Shown: piece by piece, positions 11,091 to 24,299 of the stretch
How the letters are laid out: every line of letters begins with the position of its first letter
Numbering within the stretch: position 1 is the stretch's first letter
Assembly: GCA_044892505.1 (NCBI GenBank)
Contig: CM097883.1
Coordinates: forward strand, 186,062,001 to 186,126,000
Reading direction: 5' to 3'
From: Schmidtea nova
Lineage: Eukaryota
DNA length: 64,000 nt
Notes under the pieces: generated by a model
The model's input: the letters and a program-made list of their open reading frames with translations, nothing else
Databases searched by the model: none
Told to the model about the DNA's origin: nothing
Made by a program: the position numbers and the translations under genes

Positions 11091-13499
11091 ACAACTTGTG
11101 TGATTGAGTTTAATGATATATTTGATTTAATAAGAAAAGTTTCAAAGGTTGAACAGCAATTAATTGAGAATAAAATGATTAAAAATTACAATGAATCTTG
11201 TTATAAAAGTAGTAATCAATCCTGTGATAATTAAATGAATCCTTTCTTATGTTATGATATGAATAATCGAAAAAGTTTATTAATAAAAAACGAGCATAAA
11301 TTAAAAAATGGAAATTTAGAATACTAGTTTTGGTCAGATGATTCAAAGTTCAATATGAATTGAGTTGTTTTACAAAAAAATGAAAATGTTTACTTTGTTA
11401 ATAAATGCTGTGCCCTACCTCAATTAGTTTCAATGAAAGAAGAAGAAATTGTATATGATAACCATAATCAATTTATTTTAAAAATATCGAATCTCAAAAC
11501 ATGTAATGCTCATTCCACAATTGTGTACAGTGAATCCATTCCATATGAACTCATAACCATCACGCAGGATACCGTTCATATGAACTTACAAATTTACAAT
11601 AATGAGTTGATGTCAAGTACCAGAAACAATAAAAAATGAAAAATAATAATTCTATTATTAAAGTTATGAAAGCTAAAGACAAACCTAAAGGACTAAAAAA
11701 ATATGTGTGTAATATTGATGCAAGATTTAAAAATTTGAGTGTTTTATATATGATTGTTAAATTAATATGGGTTCAATTAAAGTTCTTCGAAAGTAAACAT
11801 AAACAATAGATAATTAGATATCATTCTGAGTACATTAGTTCATCTATAAAGAATTACATTTGCATTCCAGCGATTGTCTATGTCAATGTTATTTATTTCA
11901 AATTAGGAAATCGTTTGGATCCAATGGAGAATTAAATAATAACATTTATTCATCAGTTGTGAATAGTTTAACTCAATTTGTAATGAAGTAAAAAGAAAAT
12001 CAGATGAGAAGCTATTAATATGCTGTCAAATGTTAATTTAAAGAAATTGATGTCTTCAAAAGATAAAATGACTTTAGTTATTACTAGTATTCAAATTAAA
12101 AATTGTTTGAACAATAATTTTAATCACATTCCAAATTCGAAGCAGTATTGAACAAAAATGCCTAATGTATTGTAAATTTAATTGATAAAATCTTTTGAGA
12201 TCGTCTGGGAGGAAAAGAGACGAGTAAAGTTTCAAATTTCTTAAAGTACAAAGGGCCAAATCCTATTTTTAATTTTTAAAAAGACGAATTGTTTGACTAA
12301 AAATTGTCAAATTAATAAAGGTTTGAAGCTATTAAGGGTCTAACTTCACCAAAGTTTTAGTTTTAATATGTTGATGAGATCTTTGAATTAGCAAATAAAA
12401 TGATTCATATACAGTTTGTGATACAACTGCAACTAAATGAAAACTACGTTAAATTAATAATAAGAGAGCAGAAACAAATTGTAGTGAATGCTAATCGATG
12501 CAAAAAAGGTATCTCAGATGGAAAATCAATTACGATCAAAACAAAAGAAAATCAATAATGAAACAATCATTCTCCCTACTCACGCTATTCGGAACCACAG
12601 TCAATGATGTGATTAAAAACATTCGTATAGTAAGATACTATTTAATTGCATGAGTTTGACAATACGTAGTAATTCTTTCTTTCATATTCTTTCATATTCT
12701 TTCAGTGATTTATACTCTACTTAAACAAACAATACCTTTTATTGTAACTGTAAATAATTTGAATTTAATTTATGTGTCATGTAATTTGATTGGTCGTATA
12801 ATAACATACCGCTGATCGATAAAATTTATGGGGTGAAAGAATAACGATTGTCTTCAAATGCTATTACAAAAATTTCAAATTATAGCTCAAATCAAAGAAA
12901 TTCGAAGCTCTCATTTAAAAATGAAAGAAATTAAAAAAATATGAAACTATATGAAAATTATTATTGGGAAAGAAGAAGCAGAACAGAGAAGAGCAATGTG
13001 ATCGAGGAGGATTTAAGGATACCAAATTAGACAAGAACAGGAGACCAAGAAATGAGATTATGCTTGATCGAAGTGGAGTGGAAATCAAATATAAAATTAT
13101 CAGAATTGTTGGTCAGAAAAAGAAAAGAACAATGGGAAATTCTCATAATTAAAGGGACGGTGAAAATTCTAGAAATAATAAGAATAATAAGAAAAAAATG
13201 GTATGATATAAAAGGAAAATATAAAATAATATAGTGATGCATGAGAAATAAAATTAGATAAAAGCAGTGGTAAAAATATTTATTTGTGAGTTGTATATTT
13301 AAATTAATCGATAAATGTATAAATAAAATAAAAGAATAATAAATGTAACGGTTAGAGAACAATAGCAATTGCTTAGTTACCCTAAATTCAAAATAATAAA
13401 AAATGTAGTTATAAAATATATACATGCCTGGATTAACCATTAGACAGACAAGGTACGTGCCTAGAGCACCAAGCGTTTGGGGCACAAGTCACTGGTGGT

Positions 13500-14090
13500 G
13501 ATGCCCCTGAGGTATCTCTGAATACCATTAACAAATGTCGTAAATCTGCATTCTACGCTATTGTTGACAAACTTGAGACAGAAATGAGTAGACGAGGACA
13601 AGTATATAAGGATGTAGCAATTCGATTTTATTGTTTGGTCGATGTATCACTATCACAAACATCTCAGTGTTGCGAAGAACTAATAAATACTTATCCTAAA
13701 GATCTGAATAATAATTTATATACTGAACTACAACAGTTTCATTCATATATACGCACAAGTTTCCTGTATCAAAATCGGAAAACAACACTTTCAATTATAG
13801 AGAATTATACAGTGTAATAGTTTAATAATTCTTTCAACATCGAGTGTGCCTTTCCAAATGTTGAAATTGCCTACCGCATATTTTAACATTAATGGTTACT
13901 AACTGTTAAACTGAGCGCTCTTTTTCTCAGTTGAAAGTACAAAAAATACAAATAGATCAACAATGAAACAAGAAAGGCTCGATTCCTTATCTCTGCTTAT
14001 GATTGAGGCAGATATGTTGCGCAAAAGTTAACTCTGACGATATACTCAAAAACTTTGCTAGATGTAAATTTAGAAAAAAAAACTTTAAAA
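13500..14090 (+). mobile_element. hAT transposase C-terminal remnant (ZMYM1-like)
   Basis: FYAIVDKLETEMSRR..., FPNVEIAYRIF, TERSFSQLK, RSTMKQERLDSLSLLMIE (hAT dimerisation domain). Confidence 0.8.
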
Positions 14091-15254
14091 TGTAAATGAT
14101 AATATCTTTTTGATATTTTTCATCTAATAAAAAATAAAGTAATTTTGTCTATTAGTTTCAAAATTTATCAACTATTAATTTTAATACATAAATACTTTAT
14201 TGCAGGTTTTATATGAGTGATAGTAGTACAAACTACAAACATATTTGTTAACAACTGTTTTCTTTGCATAATATTGAACATACCAGCGGTCACGGTTAGT
14301 GAAAGAACAGGGACCCAAGCAAAATGGGGCTCCCATGCCGGTTTGTGTTTTTCCTCTTTCTTTTTATACCATTATCGGGAAAATAATTATCTAGAATATC
14401 TGGAAATCTTACCGCCAAATTTGGATAATAACTAATTAAATTGTCCATCCTTCATTAGCGCCCGATGGATTTTATCTTTAATTGTTCTGAACAATTACCC
14501 GCCTTTGATCTCTCGGGACTTCTTGCGTTTGGGTTTCCCATTGTTTCGGGCTTCCGACTGATCAATTAACTAATTTTAATTAAATTGGTTTTTCGAAATA
14601 ACCTTCTCTGGGACCCATCACTCAATTTTTATTATTATTGGATTTGTCTTTTGATTTGGCGTTCAACTATACCCATTTCCCCCATTGAATATTTATTTTT
14701 AATTTTTGATAAATTTTAATTGATTTTTGCACTTTTAATTATTTTGATATTTTTTTTGATTTTTGAGCGAGAAAATAATGCGACACAGATACGTCGAGAC
14801 TATTGTGCAATAGTTCTTGTCGATAACATATTACGTTGCGGTAATTTAGATCTCTATAATGATGTCTGTCTTTAATTAAATAATTGTGTGTGTTCACTTT
14901 CTCGTTTCTTTTAGTGATCGTTTTACAATTTTCACTTTATTTATTGTGTTTGAATTTTACTTTTATAGTTATAATAGTAACCCCAACAATTATGACTTGT
15001 AGTTCGGTAAAAGTCATATTCATTTTGATGGATTGGATTTAATATCTTTCATAAGTAAATCCTACTATAATAGTTTTATATTTTGTCTTATTTTTCTTTT
15101 TATATTTTCTATTTCATGATAGTAGACTATCAAATCCGTTGTATCTTAATTAATTCGAGTTGTACTAGTTCTTACAACATGTTGTGTTTAATAATTTTAT
15201 TTAAATTTGTTTATTTCCTCAAGATGCCTCTTCCTTTACTTTGTGATTTTTGAT

Positions 15255-15375
15255 AGTTGAATATTTAAAATTAACTGGTGTTTTAATAATTGGGTATTTT
15301 GGGACTTTTATAAAATTTTAATTAAATAAATCTATGAAGGAAGTTCAGTCTTTTAAAACCGAGTTTGATTTAACT
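15255..15375 (+). repeat. 5' LTR (121 bp)
   Basis: Identical to 19763-19883 except one position (agttgAat vs agttgGat). Confidence 0.95.
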
Positions 15376-16647
15376 GGCGACCACGCCGAAAATCAGAATG
15401 TCAATGCAGTTTCGAAATCAACAAAGACGTTAATGGAATGCCTACCAAAATCATGCCAAGATATGCTCACGCTGAATATCAGACGATATGATGGACGAGG
15501 ATCGAAAGAAGCAGAAGAATGGATCAGAGACATAGAAGAATGGCTGTTGACAAATGGACAGCGATTGACAAGCACCTTCGATGTGTTATTAGTGGCAGAA
15601 GCTAAGACATTGTGGGGAAACGTCAGAGAAACAGAAACAACAGATGTGAAAGCCAAAACTTGGTTCCTAAATACTTTCACAATTACGAAGTCAATAACTG
15701 ACAAAATCAGAGAATTGGCAGTTCTGGAACAGGAAGATGATGAACGTTTTGCAGCTTTCGAGATTCGATTAAGGAAAGCTTTAGCTGAAGTTATAAATTC
15801 AGGACGATCAGAAGAAGATATTGTTCAAGATCTCATCGCAAATAAAGCACGTGATGCGAGATTGAGGGAAATATTATTGACAAAACCAGAAACAAAAATT
15901 GAAGAAACGAGATCATTGGCGAAGATTTTTGAGAGTAACCAAAAGGGAAGCAATAAAACTGAATTTATTAAATCAATTGGTAAAAGAACATATGCCAGCG
16001 TGATTGATGGAGGGCAAATGAGAATTCAACAGAATACTCAAGATACCAGACCTACACCATCACAAAGAAGACAATCAGAAGACCCATTTAGTCATCACAG
16101 ACCAAGAAGAGATGAACATCCGATACAATTCGAAGAAAATAACCGCGGTCGACGAGAACAATTCCCAAAAGAACAATTTTTGAGAAATGTTAGAATCCAA
16201 GATGGCTCAGAAAGAAAACTGCCAACAATTTCCATGAAGAATATAGCAAGAAGGATCTATAACGAAAGTAGAGGACTACCACAAGCACCGGCTCCAAAAT
16301 TAACAGTAGGTGATTGTTTTTGCTGTGGCGAAAGGGGACACAAAAGATATGAGTGCCCACTGGGAAATAAATGCCTGATATGTGGTAAAGAGGGACACGG
16401 ATTCCGAGATTGTTTTTCGTTACGGAAAGAGGTGCCCCGTCGATATCAAAGAATAGCGTGCATAGAAGAAGAAGATTCCAAATCTGAAAGAAGAGATTAC
16501 ACCGAAAACAGCCAAGATTTCAGAATGGCTCACAGCGATATGGAAGATAGATACAATGTTCCTGAAAAATATACTACATTGAGAGAAGACGGAAAAAACA
16601 TCAGCGACTCCATGGGTTTCATTTCGTCGGTGGAGTCAAGGCAATAA
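15334..16647 (+). CDS. gag: Gag with two CCHC zinc knuckles
   Basis: YDGRGSKEAEEWI, QEDDERFAAFEIRL, CFCCGERGHKRYEC, CLICGKEGHGFRDC; first ATG lies inside the LTR, true start probably downstream. Confidence 0.92.
   Translation: MKEVQSFKTEFDLTGDHAENQNVNAVSKSTKTLMECLPKSCQDMLTLNIRRYDGRGSKEAEEWIRDIEEWLLTNGQRLTSTFDVLLVAEAKTLWGNVRETETTDVKAKTWFLNTFTITKSITDKIRELAVLEQEDDERFAAFEIRLRKALAEVINSGRSEEDIVQDLIANKARDARLREILLTKPETKIEETRSLAKIFESNQKGSNKTEFIKSIGKRTYASVIDGGQMRIQQNTQDTRPTPSQRRQSEDPFSHHRPRRDEHPIQFEENNRGRREQFPKEQFLRNVRIQDGSERKLPTISMKNIARRIYNESRGLPQAPAPKLTVGDCFCCGERGHKRYECPLGNKCLICGKEGHGFRDCFSLRKEVPRRYQRIACIEEEDSKSERRDYTENSQDFRMAHSDMEDRYNVPEKYTTLREDGKNISDSMGFISSVESRQ
15375..15385 (+). promoter_or_regulatory. 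Primer-binding site TGGCGACCACG (tRNA-Arg type)
   Basis: Overlaps last T of the LTR; complementary to a tRNA ending CGUGGUCGCCA (GACCACG acceptor, as in eukaryotic tRNA-Arg). Confidence 0.7.
16593..16637 (+). promoter_or_regulatory. -1 ribosomal frameshift signal (A AAA AAC + stem-loop)
   Basis: Slippery heptamer in gag frame; GACTCCA (16606-12) pairs with TGGAGTC (16631-37); -1 frame is open to pol ATG 16695. Confidence 0.8.
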
Positions 16648-16694
16648 ATTATGAAAGAAGAAATGAACGAAGAAGAGACGAGGCAGAAGAAGAG

Positions 16695-19600
16695 ATGTAT
16701 CAGACGAAGGATGGAAGAAGTTGGAGTAAAATAATGTTGAATAATACAGAAGTAGATATGTTATGGGACTCTGGAGCGTCAGTAACAGTCATGAGCAAGA
16801 ATCTGTGGGAGAGAATAGGCAAACCAGACCTTCAACGTAGTACTATATTATTATGCGGCGTATTTTCAACTGGAGGTGAAGAGGCAATGGGATATATGAA
16901 TATATCAGCCACATGGAATCAGAAGACCAAAATTATCACAGTAGTGGTTGTAAAAGAGATCAAGCCAGAATTCATAGGGGGTATTGATACAATGAAAGAG
17001 TTTGGAGTAAAGTTAGTGAAGATCAATAATATAGAAACTTCATACATAAACAAAATCCACACTGATGAAGAAAGAATAAATAAAGCACTAATGGCGATGG
17101 CAAGTGAAAATAATAAAGACATTGAAGGAATGATCAGGAAATACGGCGGAATATTTATGGCGTCGAAATTTGATTTGGGATTTACAAATTTAGTTCGACA
17201 TGAGATGCGGATAACAGGAGGCCCAATAATGCAACATCCTCGACGTCAACCAATGCACATGGAGAAAAAGATTGAAGAACTGATAAAAGAATTAATAAAA
17301 GCAAATGTTATTCGGTGTTGCAAGAGTCCTTGGAATGCCCCGTTAGTTATAGTAGGGAAGAAAGATGGATCCATCAGGATGTGTGTAGACTATCGTGGAT
17401 TGAATGCCATAACAGAAAAGGAATCATTTCCGATGCCTAATACCAAATTCTTATTAGACTGTCTAGCGAATGCAAAAATATTTTCGTCAATTGATTTAGG
17501 CCAGGCGTACTATCAAGTAGAGTTGGCCCCAGAAATTCAAGAAATGACTGCATTCAGTACAAGAGAAGGACAATTTTGCTTTAACAGACTACCGTTTGGC
17601 CTAGCAACAGCTCCTGCGACATTCCAGAGACTGATGCACAAAGTACTAGAAGGAATGCTATTCAAAGGGGTAGTTGTTTATTTAGATGATATTTTGATTT
17701 ATGGGAAAAGTCAAAAAGACCACGATGAGCTACTAGGGGAAATATTTAGAAGAATTCAAATGGCAGGATTGAAGATAAATCCAGAAAAATGTGAATTCAA
17801 TAAAACAGAATTGTGTTTCCTTGGGCACACAGTTAACGAGAAGGGTATCCAGACAAACAGAAAGAAAGTTGAAGAGATCGAGAAAGCAGAAATACCAAAA
17901 TGTTCAAAGCAATTAAGATCGTTTCTCGGATTAACGAACTATTATCGAAGATTTATTAAAGACTACGCCAGAATCGCAGAACCACTATATGCCGCAACAT
18001 CTGGATGCGATAAAGATATAATTTGGACTAAAGAATGCAATGAGAGTTTCCAAACACTAAAGGAACGGTTGTGCGAGGCACCTATCCTTGATTATCCAAG
18101 AGAAGATAGGACATTTATCTTAGACACAGACGCTAGCTTTGGAGCAATTGGTGCAGTTTTGAGCCAAATTAAAGAAGATGGAGAAGAATCTGTTATAGCA
18201 TATGGTTCGAGACATATGACATCACATGAAAAGGGTTACTGTGTAACCAGAAAAGAACTGCTCGCTGTACATGAGTACGTCATACATTTTAGAGAATATC
18301 TTTACGGAAAGAAATTCATAATTCGCACCGACCACAAAGCATTGGTTTTCATGAACACTACAAAAACACCAATCAGTCCGCAGTTTCAAACATGGTTAGC
18401 AAACTTGTCTGAATATGATTTTGAACTAAAATATCGGAAAGGTGAACAACATTCGAATGCTATGGACTATCAAGATTAAAAAGTATGATTTGTTCCCAGT
18501 GTCAAACGCGACATGAAGATGCCAAGGAAGGAAAGTCAAAAATCCGATATATATATACTATCCAAAGAACAGAAGCTATGGAAAAAGTATTGGAGCAACA
18601 GCAGAAGGACATTAGGTTTCGAGAGTTACGAGAGATATTAGAAAATGGATGCGCACGGGACAAAAAGAATTGTTTCCCATTTAACGTAAAAAATACAAGA
18701 ATTGATGGAGGATTAATAACAGTCGAAAAGAACGAAAATATTTTAATGTTAGTTCCAGAAACCTTTGCAGGCTTATTAACAACAACTCTACATGAAGAAT
18801 TATGTCATATTGGAGTTAAGAAATTATTCCATTATATGGAAAAGATATTTTACTGGCCGAAGATGCAAGAAACAATTCAGCTCTGTTTACAATGTTGCGA
18901 TATCTGCTCTAAGAGAAAGATCGACCAGACAAGAACCAAGGAAATATTTATCCCTAGATGTAGTTCTGAATTCCTAGAACAGATTGTAATGGATGTGGCC
19001 TACATGGAAAAAAACACCATTAAAAAATATATGTTAGTAATTGTGGACCGGTTTAGTAAATTGATTTCTTTGACCGCAATCACGAAGCAAGACGAAGGGA
19101 CAATTTTCAAAACTATACTTAACAGTTGGATCTATCGATTTGGAAAACCAAAGATCATTTTAACAGATAGAGGACGCAATTTCGAAGGGAATTTTCTAAG
19201 ACAGAGACTACAGAAACTTGGAATCAAACAGGAATTCAGCTCACCTTACCAACACCAATCAAATGGATTAGCCGAACGAGCCATACGAACAGTAAGAGAT
19301 CTTATTACAGCGACATTGGCAGGTGGGTGTGAAGAGAGAAACTGGCATGAACTTCTACCTAGAATAGAGTTCAGTATAAATAGCAGTCGACAGAGTGCTA
19401 CAGGCTTATCACCATTTGAGATAATTTATGGACGGAGTGTTAACCTACATTCAAACCTGAAACAAGCAGAGATATCAAGAAGCGAATGGATAGAAGACGC
19501 AAGATATAACTCGAGTAAAGCCGCAGACACTATGAGAGCTATGGATAAGACAAAGAGAGGAACTCGTGTTTTTGAGGTGGGGGAGGAGGTACTCGTACGC

Positions 19601-19753
19601 AAAGAACCGCAGAACAGGCACAAGGATGGTATGCAGTACGATGGCCCATATAAAATCATCAGATTTCTATCACCTCATCGAGTCGAACTACATTCGCAAG
19701 AAGGAACGAAAGAAAGAAGAATCGAGTGGCTGAAGAAGTGGAAAAGTTCTTAA
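16695..19753 (+). CDS. pol: Pol (PR, RT, RNase H, integrase) broken by a 1-nt deletion near 18462
   Basis: LWDSGAS, YLDDILI, LDTDASFGAIG, HIG...C..C, DVAY, TDRG, GLAERAI; adding one G at 18461/2 restores NADGLSRLKSMICSQC. Confidence 0.95.
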
Positions 19754-19883
19754 GAAGGGGAGAGTTGGATATTTAAAATTAACTGGTGTTTTAATAATTG
19801 GGTATTTTGGGACTTTTATAAAATTTTAATTAAATAAATCTATGAAGGAAGTTCAGTCTTTTAAAACCGAGTTTGATTTAACT
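19752..19883 (+). repeat. Polypurine tract (AAGAAGGGGAG) and 3' LTR (19763-19883)
   Basis: PPT overlaps the pol stop codon and abuts AGTT; followed by TSD TTGAT. Confidence 0.95.
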
Positions 19884-20898
19884 TTGATATTTTCAAAGAA
19901 TTTAATACAGTTTTGTGGAATTACACATGGTTTTACAACTATTATAAACAACAAAAATTGTATGTTCTTTTTCTAAAAAACTTTTTGTAACAGTTTTATC
20001 ACGTAAGCAGAAAACAGCGCTTAAATATTATTGAAAATTTTAAAATTTACTTATAAACTTTGCATCATAAAAACAAATTTACGAGAGGCTATTTGGATGT
20101 CCCATAATCATGTAATTGATTCATTTTACTATCTTTACTAAAAAAATTGTAAAAGCAAATCGCTAAATATATTTTTTAAACTCCTTGTAGTTTTACTTAT
20201 TTAAATAAATTGTTTCTGAAATGATTATTTAAAAGAAATTTCATAAAAGAAAAATAAAGAATTTTATTTATTAAATACTAGTGAAAAAAAATAAAACTAA
20301 ACTAATAGTCGTTCAGTCTGTTGTACTTTTAAGTTAACGCGTGTCAAACTCGTGTTTACTGCCCACTGTGTTAATGTGGAACCTGATTTGGATATCATTA
20401 TTACCACTGACGGAATTCAAAAACTTTAGCAACCGGTTTGTCTGAACCGGTCAAATTACCAAAATTTATGATGCGGACTCAAAAATCGAACACATTCAAA
20501 TTAAATTTAAATAACTTATTTTTTATGGTACTATTATTATAAACCTGTCAATTATGGGTAGTATTTGCAAACAAATAAATAAATATTTCAAGTAACAAAT
20601 AATATTAACAACCGATTCACAAGAACTCTCAATCCATGGCCGGCTTTAGCTGGAAGCGTTGGATGAAAAGCATCGGGCGCCTCTTGTAGAGGGCGCTTAA
20701 AAATATAATTTTAGCCACTATTTAAATATGTCAAAAAACCATTAAAAAAATCTTTAAAAGAAATTTATTTTAAATAAAATTACCTTCAAAACCTATGCGC
20801 TGACTAGTTTTCAAAGTGTCTAAGAATAGTTTAGTTATTTAAAAACAAATCAATTATACGTATACAAATTAACTTTGAAATAGTCACTATATTCAGTT

Positions 20899-21412
20899 TA
20901 TAAAATGGTGATTCCTTGATGGTGATTCAATTAATAAGGATTATTTTATAATTGAAAATTTTTACTTAATAAAATTATTTTGCAGCAAAAGTTTATTTTG
21001 TTATTTATTAACCCTTTCCACTCATCTTGGCAAAAATTCTTGCCAAATATTTTTTTGGCCTAACACTCATGATGGTAAGAATGGTTGTGACACCAACATC
21101 ACTTCTTTCTGATTTGTGGTTCCTGAGATAAATAGACCAAATAATTACAAATTCCAACAAAGATTATTGAAATTCCACAAAATTCTCAAAATTAATGACT
21201 GGAACGAACAATCACGGCTAAATTAATGTGAGTGGAAAGGGTAAATTATATTCAGTTTAAATAAATTAATAAATAATTAACAAAATAAGCCTTTGCTGCA
21301 ATAACAATTTAATTAAGTGAGAAAATTTTTATTGCAGCAAAGGCTTATTTTGTTGCTTATTTATTAATTAATTTAATACTTAATGCTGCTACCAAGGAAT
21401 CACTATTTTATA
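20899..21412. mobile_element. Nested foldback MITE with 9-bp TSD (Mutator-like)
   Basis: TIR tataaaatggtgattccttg / caaggaatcactattttata; TSD tattcagtt; partial copy at ~33615-33720. Confidence 0.75.
21012..21241. mobile_element. Nested piggyBac-type MITE
   Basis: TIR ccctttccactca / tgagtggaaaggg; TTAA on left, taaa on right. Confidence 0.75.
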
Positions 21413-23479
21413 TATTCAGTTTATTTATTTCGATTAGAAAAAGTAATGCTATATGTATTTTCTTAAAAAATGTTTTAAAGGTCTACCAGTTATATTCAGT
21501 TTTCAAGTTTGTACATTAAATACAAACATATTTCGCTAATAAAACACAACTTAATATTAAAATTTTATAGTAAAAGTATTCAGTACATGTTTATTTATTT
21601 TGCAGAATTGAATCATTGTACAGTAAGTATTATTTAATTATTTTTATTTTTAATTCTAGTAATTTTTTAATATGTTTTTATTACAAATTTAACATAACCA
21701 ATTGATTTACGTTAAGTCCAAAAAACCAATAAAATAATACTCCTAGAAAATGGAAGTTTAAAAAGAGTTTCGCATCGGGACGCTACTTATGCTAAAGCCA
21801 GCCTGCCTCAATCCCACCACTACTTATTACCCTTATCAAGTTTAGCATTAAAACCTCTCATAATAATTCGATTTCCACTTAAAAAAATACTAAAAATTTT
21901 ATTCTATGTAAAATATTCACAAAAATATTAAATTTCACATAAAATTATATATTTACGGAACTTCAACAAAATTTCATTAAATAAATATTGAAAATATCAA
22001 CTTAAATTAGAAGATTTCCTTAAAGCATTAATTTTCATATCCACATTAAAAATAAGAAGTTGTTTGGCTGATGCGATGGCAACTTTGATCTTTCTCTTTT
22101 CTGTATTAACAGATATACTGGCACTAATAACTGCACTTTTGATGTTGAACATGGCTCCCAAAGGCTGGAAAATTTTAATTTTATAATTTCAACTTCTAAA
22201 GAACTTATCAAATTTTATTTATAGCAAAATTTATTAATTAATAGTTAGATTTCCATTTAAAAATGCTCTGACAAGAATAAGAAATTGAAAAATAATTTGT
22301 TGGGTTTGTCGCTAAAATAATAAATTGGCAATGATCACTCTGACTCTAAGTGTTCTTTGATTAATATCGATAACGAATTTCAAATAATATAAATTTTTAT
22401 TGATCAGAACAGTTACAATCTAGTCTTGGCTTTGTTGATCTTAAAGTAACTCAAGAGTTTAGTGCTTTATTAAAGCACTTCGTGAATGGAACTATCGAAT
22501 AAAACTTCAATTCGCAGTCACTTTATTATCGGCTCTACTATATTAGCGTGACTAGTTACTTTATGTTAACTTCATAGCTTCTCTTTTGTTTACGAAAACC
22601 AAAGTATGTTAGATATCAATTTGAATCTTCTTAAAATTACTTTAAAATCTTTCTTCTCAATAATAATTTTTTCTGAATTCTACATGCTTTTTTAAAAAGT
22701 TATAACAAATAAGATGAATCCCGTCCGAATACATTTCTGTCACAAATTCTTGACATAAAATATCTTCATTTTACTGCGATGACTTCTGTTTTTAAAGGGC
22801 GTCAAATTTTGTGGTTCTTGAAAAACAAATTTGTTTTTCAACTTTGCTTTTTGTCTTCTTCCACCGCTCTTGTCTTATCTGTGACAGCGGTCGAGATATG
22901 CCCTGCTTTTCCTTTTTGTTGTTCCGAATTTTTTTTATCATTCCGATGTCTCCGATAAGCTGTCAAGTAATAATTTTCTCCATGTTTTTGGTTTTTTGAT
23001 TTTGGAATTCCTTTTTGCCTTTTAGTACTTTTTAATTATGAATGACTTTCTTGGTTATTTGTTCAATTTCCTTTGTTTCGCTACCAAATTTTTGTTTTTC
23101 AAGTTTTGTTCTTCAAACATCTTTTTCGTATTTCTGAACATCATATCATTGACCTTTTCACTTTCTCCCAATCATTTTACTTATTTTTGCTAATATTTAA
23201 TTTATTATTTAGGTATCCACAACATATATAAAAGAGCATGAGATCACACATTCGCTAGTGGAAATATGATAATTCCCTAAGAGATTGAATGATGGTAAAG
23301 TCTCAATTTTGTTGTAAGTAGGTAAAAGTGTGAAGCCAGGAACAAAGAGATACGACTCATCGATGATTCATAACAAATAACATGAATCATCGCAATGACT
23401 CGCCGATGACATTATCAACGACTCATTTCAAATTTGAATTTTATAAACTCATCGATGACTCATTTCAAATTCTAAATCT

Positions 23480-23819
23480 GAATTCCCAAAAGTCAAAAAA
23501 GTCTTTGAGAGGTCTATACAAAGGTCATATCCTCGAAGGTTCACGGTCGGTCAAAAACATTCAAGGGATCTCCAAAATTAAATGTTTTTAAAACATTACA
23601 AGTTATATATCACTCAGAAGGACTTTTGATGATGAGTTCGATGGTCATACTCTTGAAGGATAGAAAGTTCAAAATTTTTAAAACCTAATAATATACATAT
23701 CATTCGAAAGATATTTGAGAGGTAAATATAATGGTCATATTTTCGAAGGTTATTTGTGTGTTCTAAATCTTCAAAGGGTAAAAAACTTTCAAGGGGTCCG
23801 AAATCTTTAAAACTATATA

Positions 23820-23897
<78 letters not shown>

Positions 23898-24180
23898 CTA
23901 AAGGTAATTGAATGACAAGTATGATCGTCATATCCTAGAAAAGTCATAGGTTCAAAATTTAAAACCTTATAATATACATATCAAACTAAAGGTAATCCAC
24001 AGATGAGTATGATAGTAATACTCTCGAATGTCTGTGTATGTGCTTGAAAAAAGCATATATTCAAATAAAGATACAAAATATTTTAAACCTTACAAGTTAT
24101 ATATCATTCAAAGGTCTTTGTGAGATGATTATGATGGTCATACCCTCGAAGGTCATACCGTCAAAGGTCAAAGATCAAAG
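23480..24180. repeat. Degenerate tandem repeat (ggtcata.c.tcgaagg motif) interrupted by (TA)n at 23821-23896
   Basis: Motif recurs about six times with flanking aaaaccttacaagttatatatca-like strings. Confidence 0.6.
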
Positions 24181-24299
24181 TTTTTTAAAACCATATTGTA
24201 ATGTCTTTGTTAAGTTACAGCTGCGTTGCAATGTTTAAATTGTAAAAACTTATAAAAAAATAATAATATTTAATAGAAAAAACGTGGCAATGATTTAAT

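Larger units (their letters stand above)
15255..19883 (+). mobile_element. Full-length compact Ty3/gypsy LTR retrotransposon (4629 bp)
   Basis: 121-bp LTRs with AGTT...AACT ends, TSD TTGAT on both sides, PBS, PPT, gag-pol with PR-RT-RH-IN order. Confidence 0.97.
20635..21805. mobile_element. Non-autonomous hAT-type MITE containing two nested insertions
   Basis: TIRs catggccggctttagc / gctaaagccagcctg; 8-bp TSD tctcaatc/cctcaatc; second family member at 43371-43988. Confidence 0.85.
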
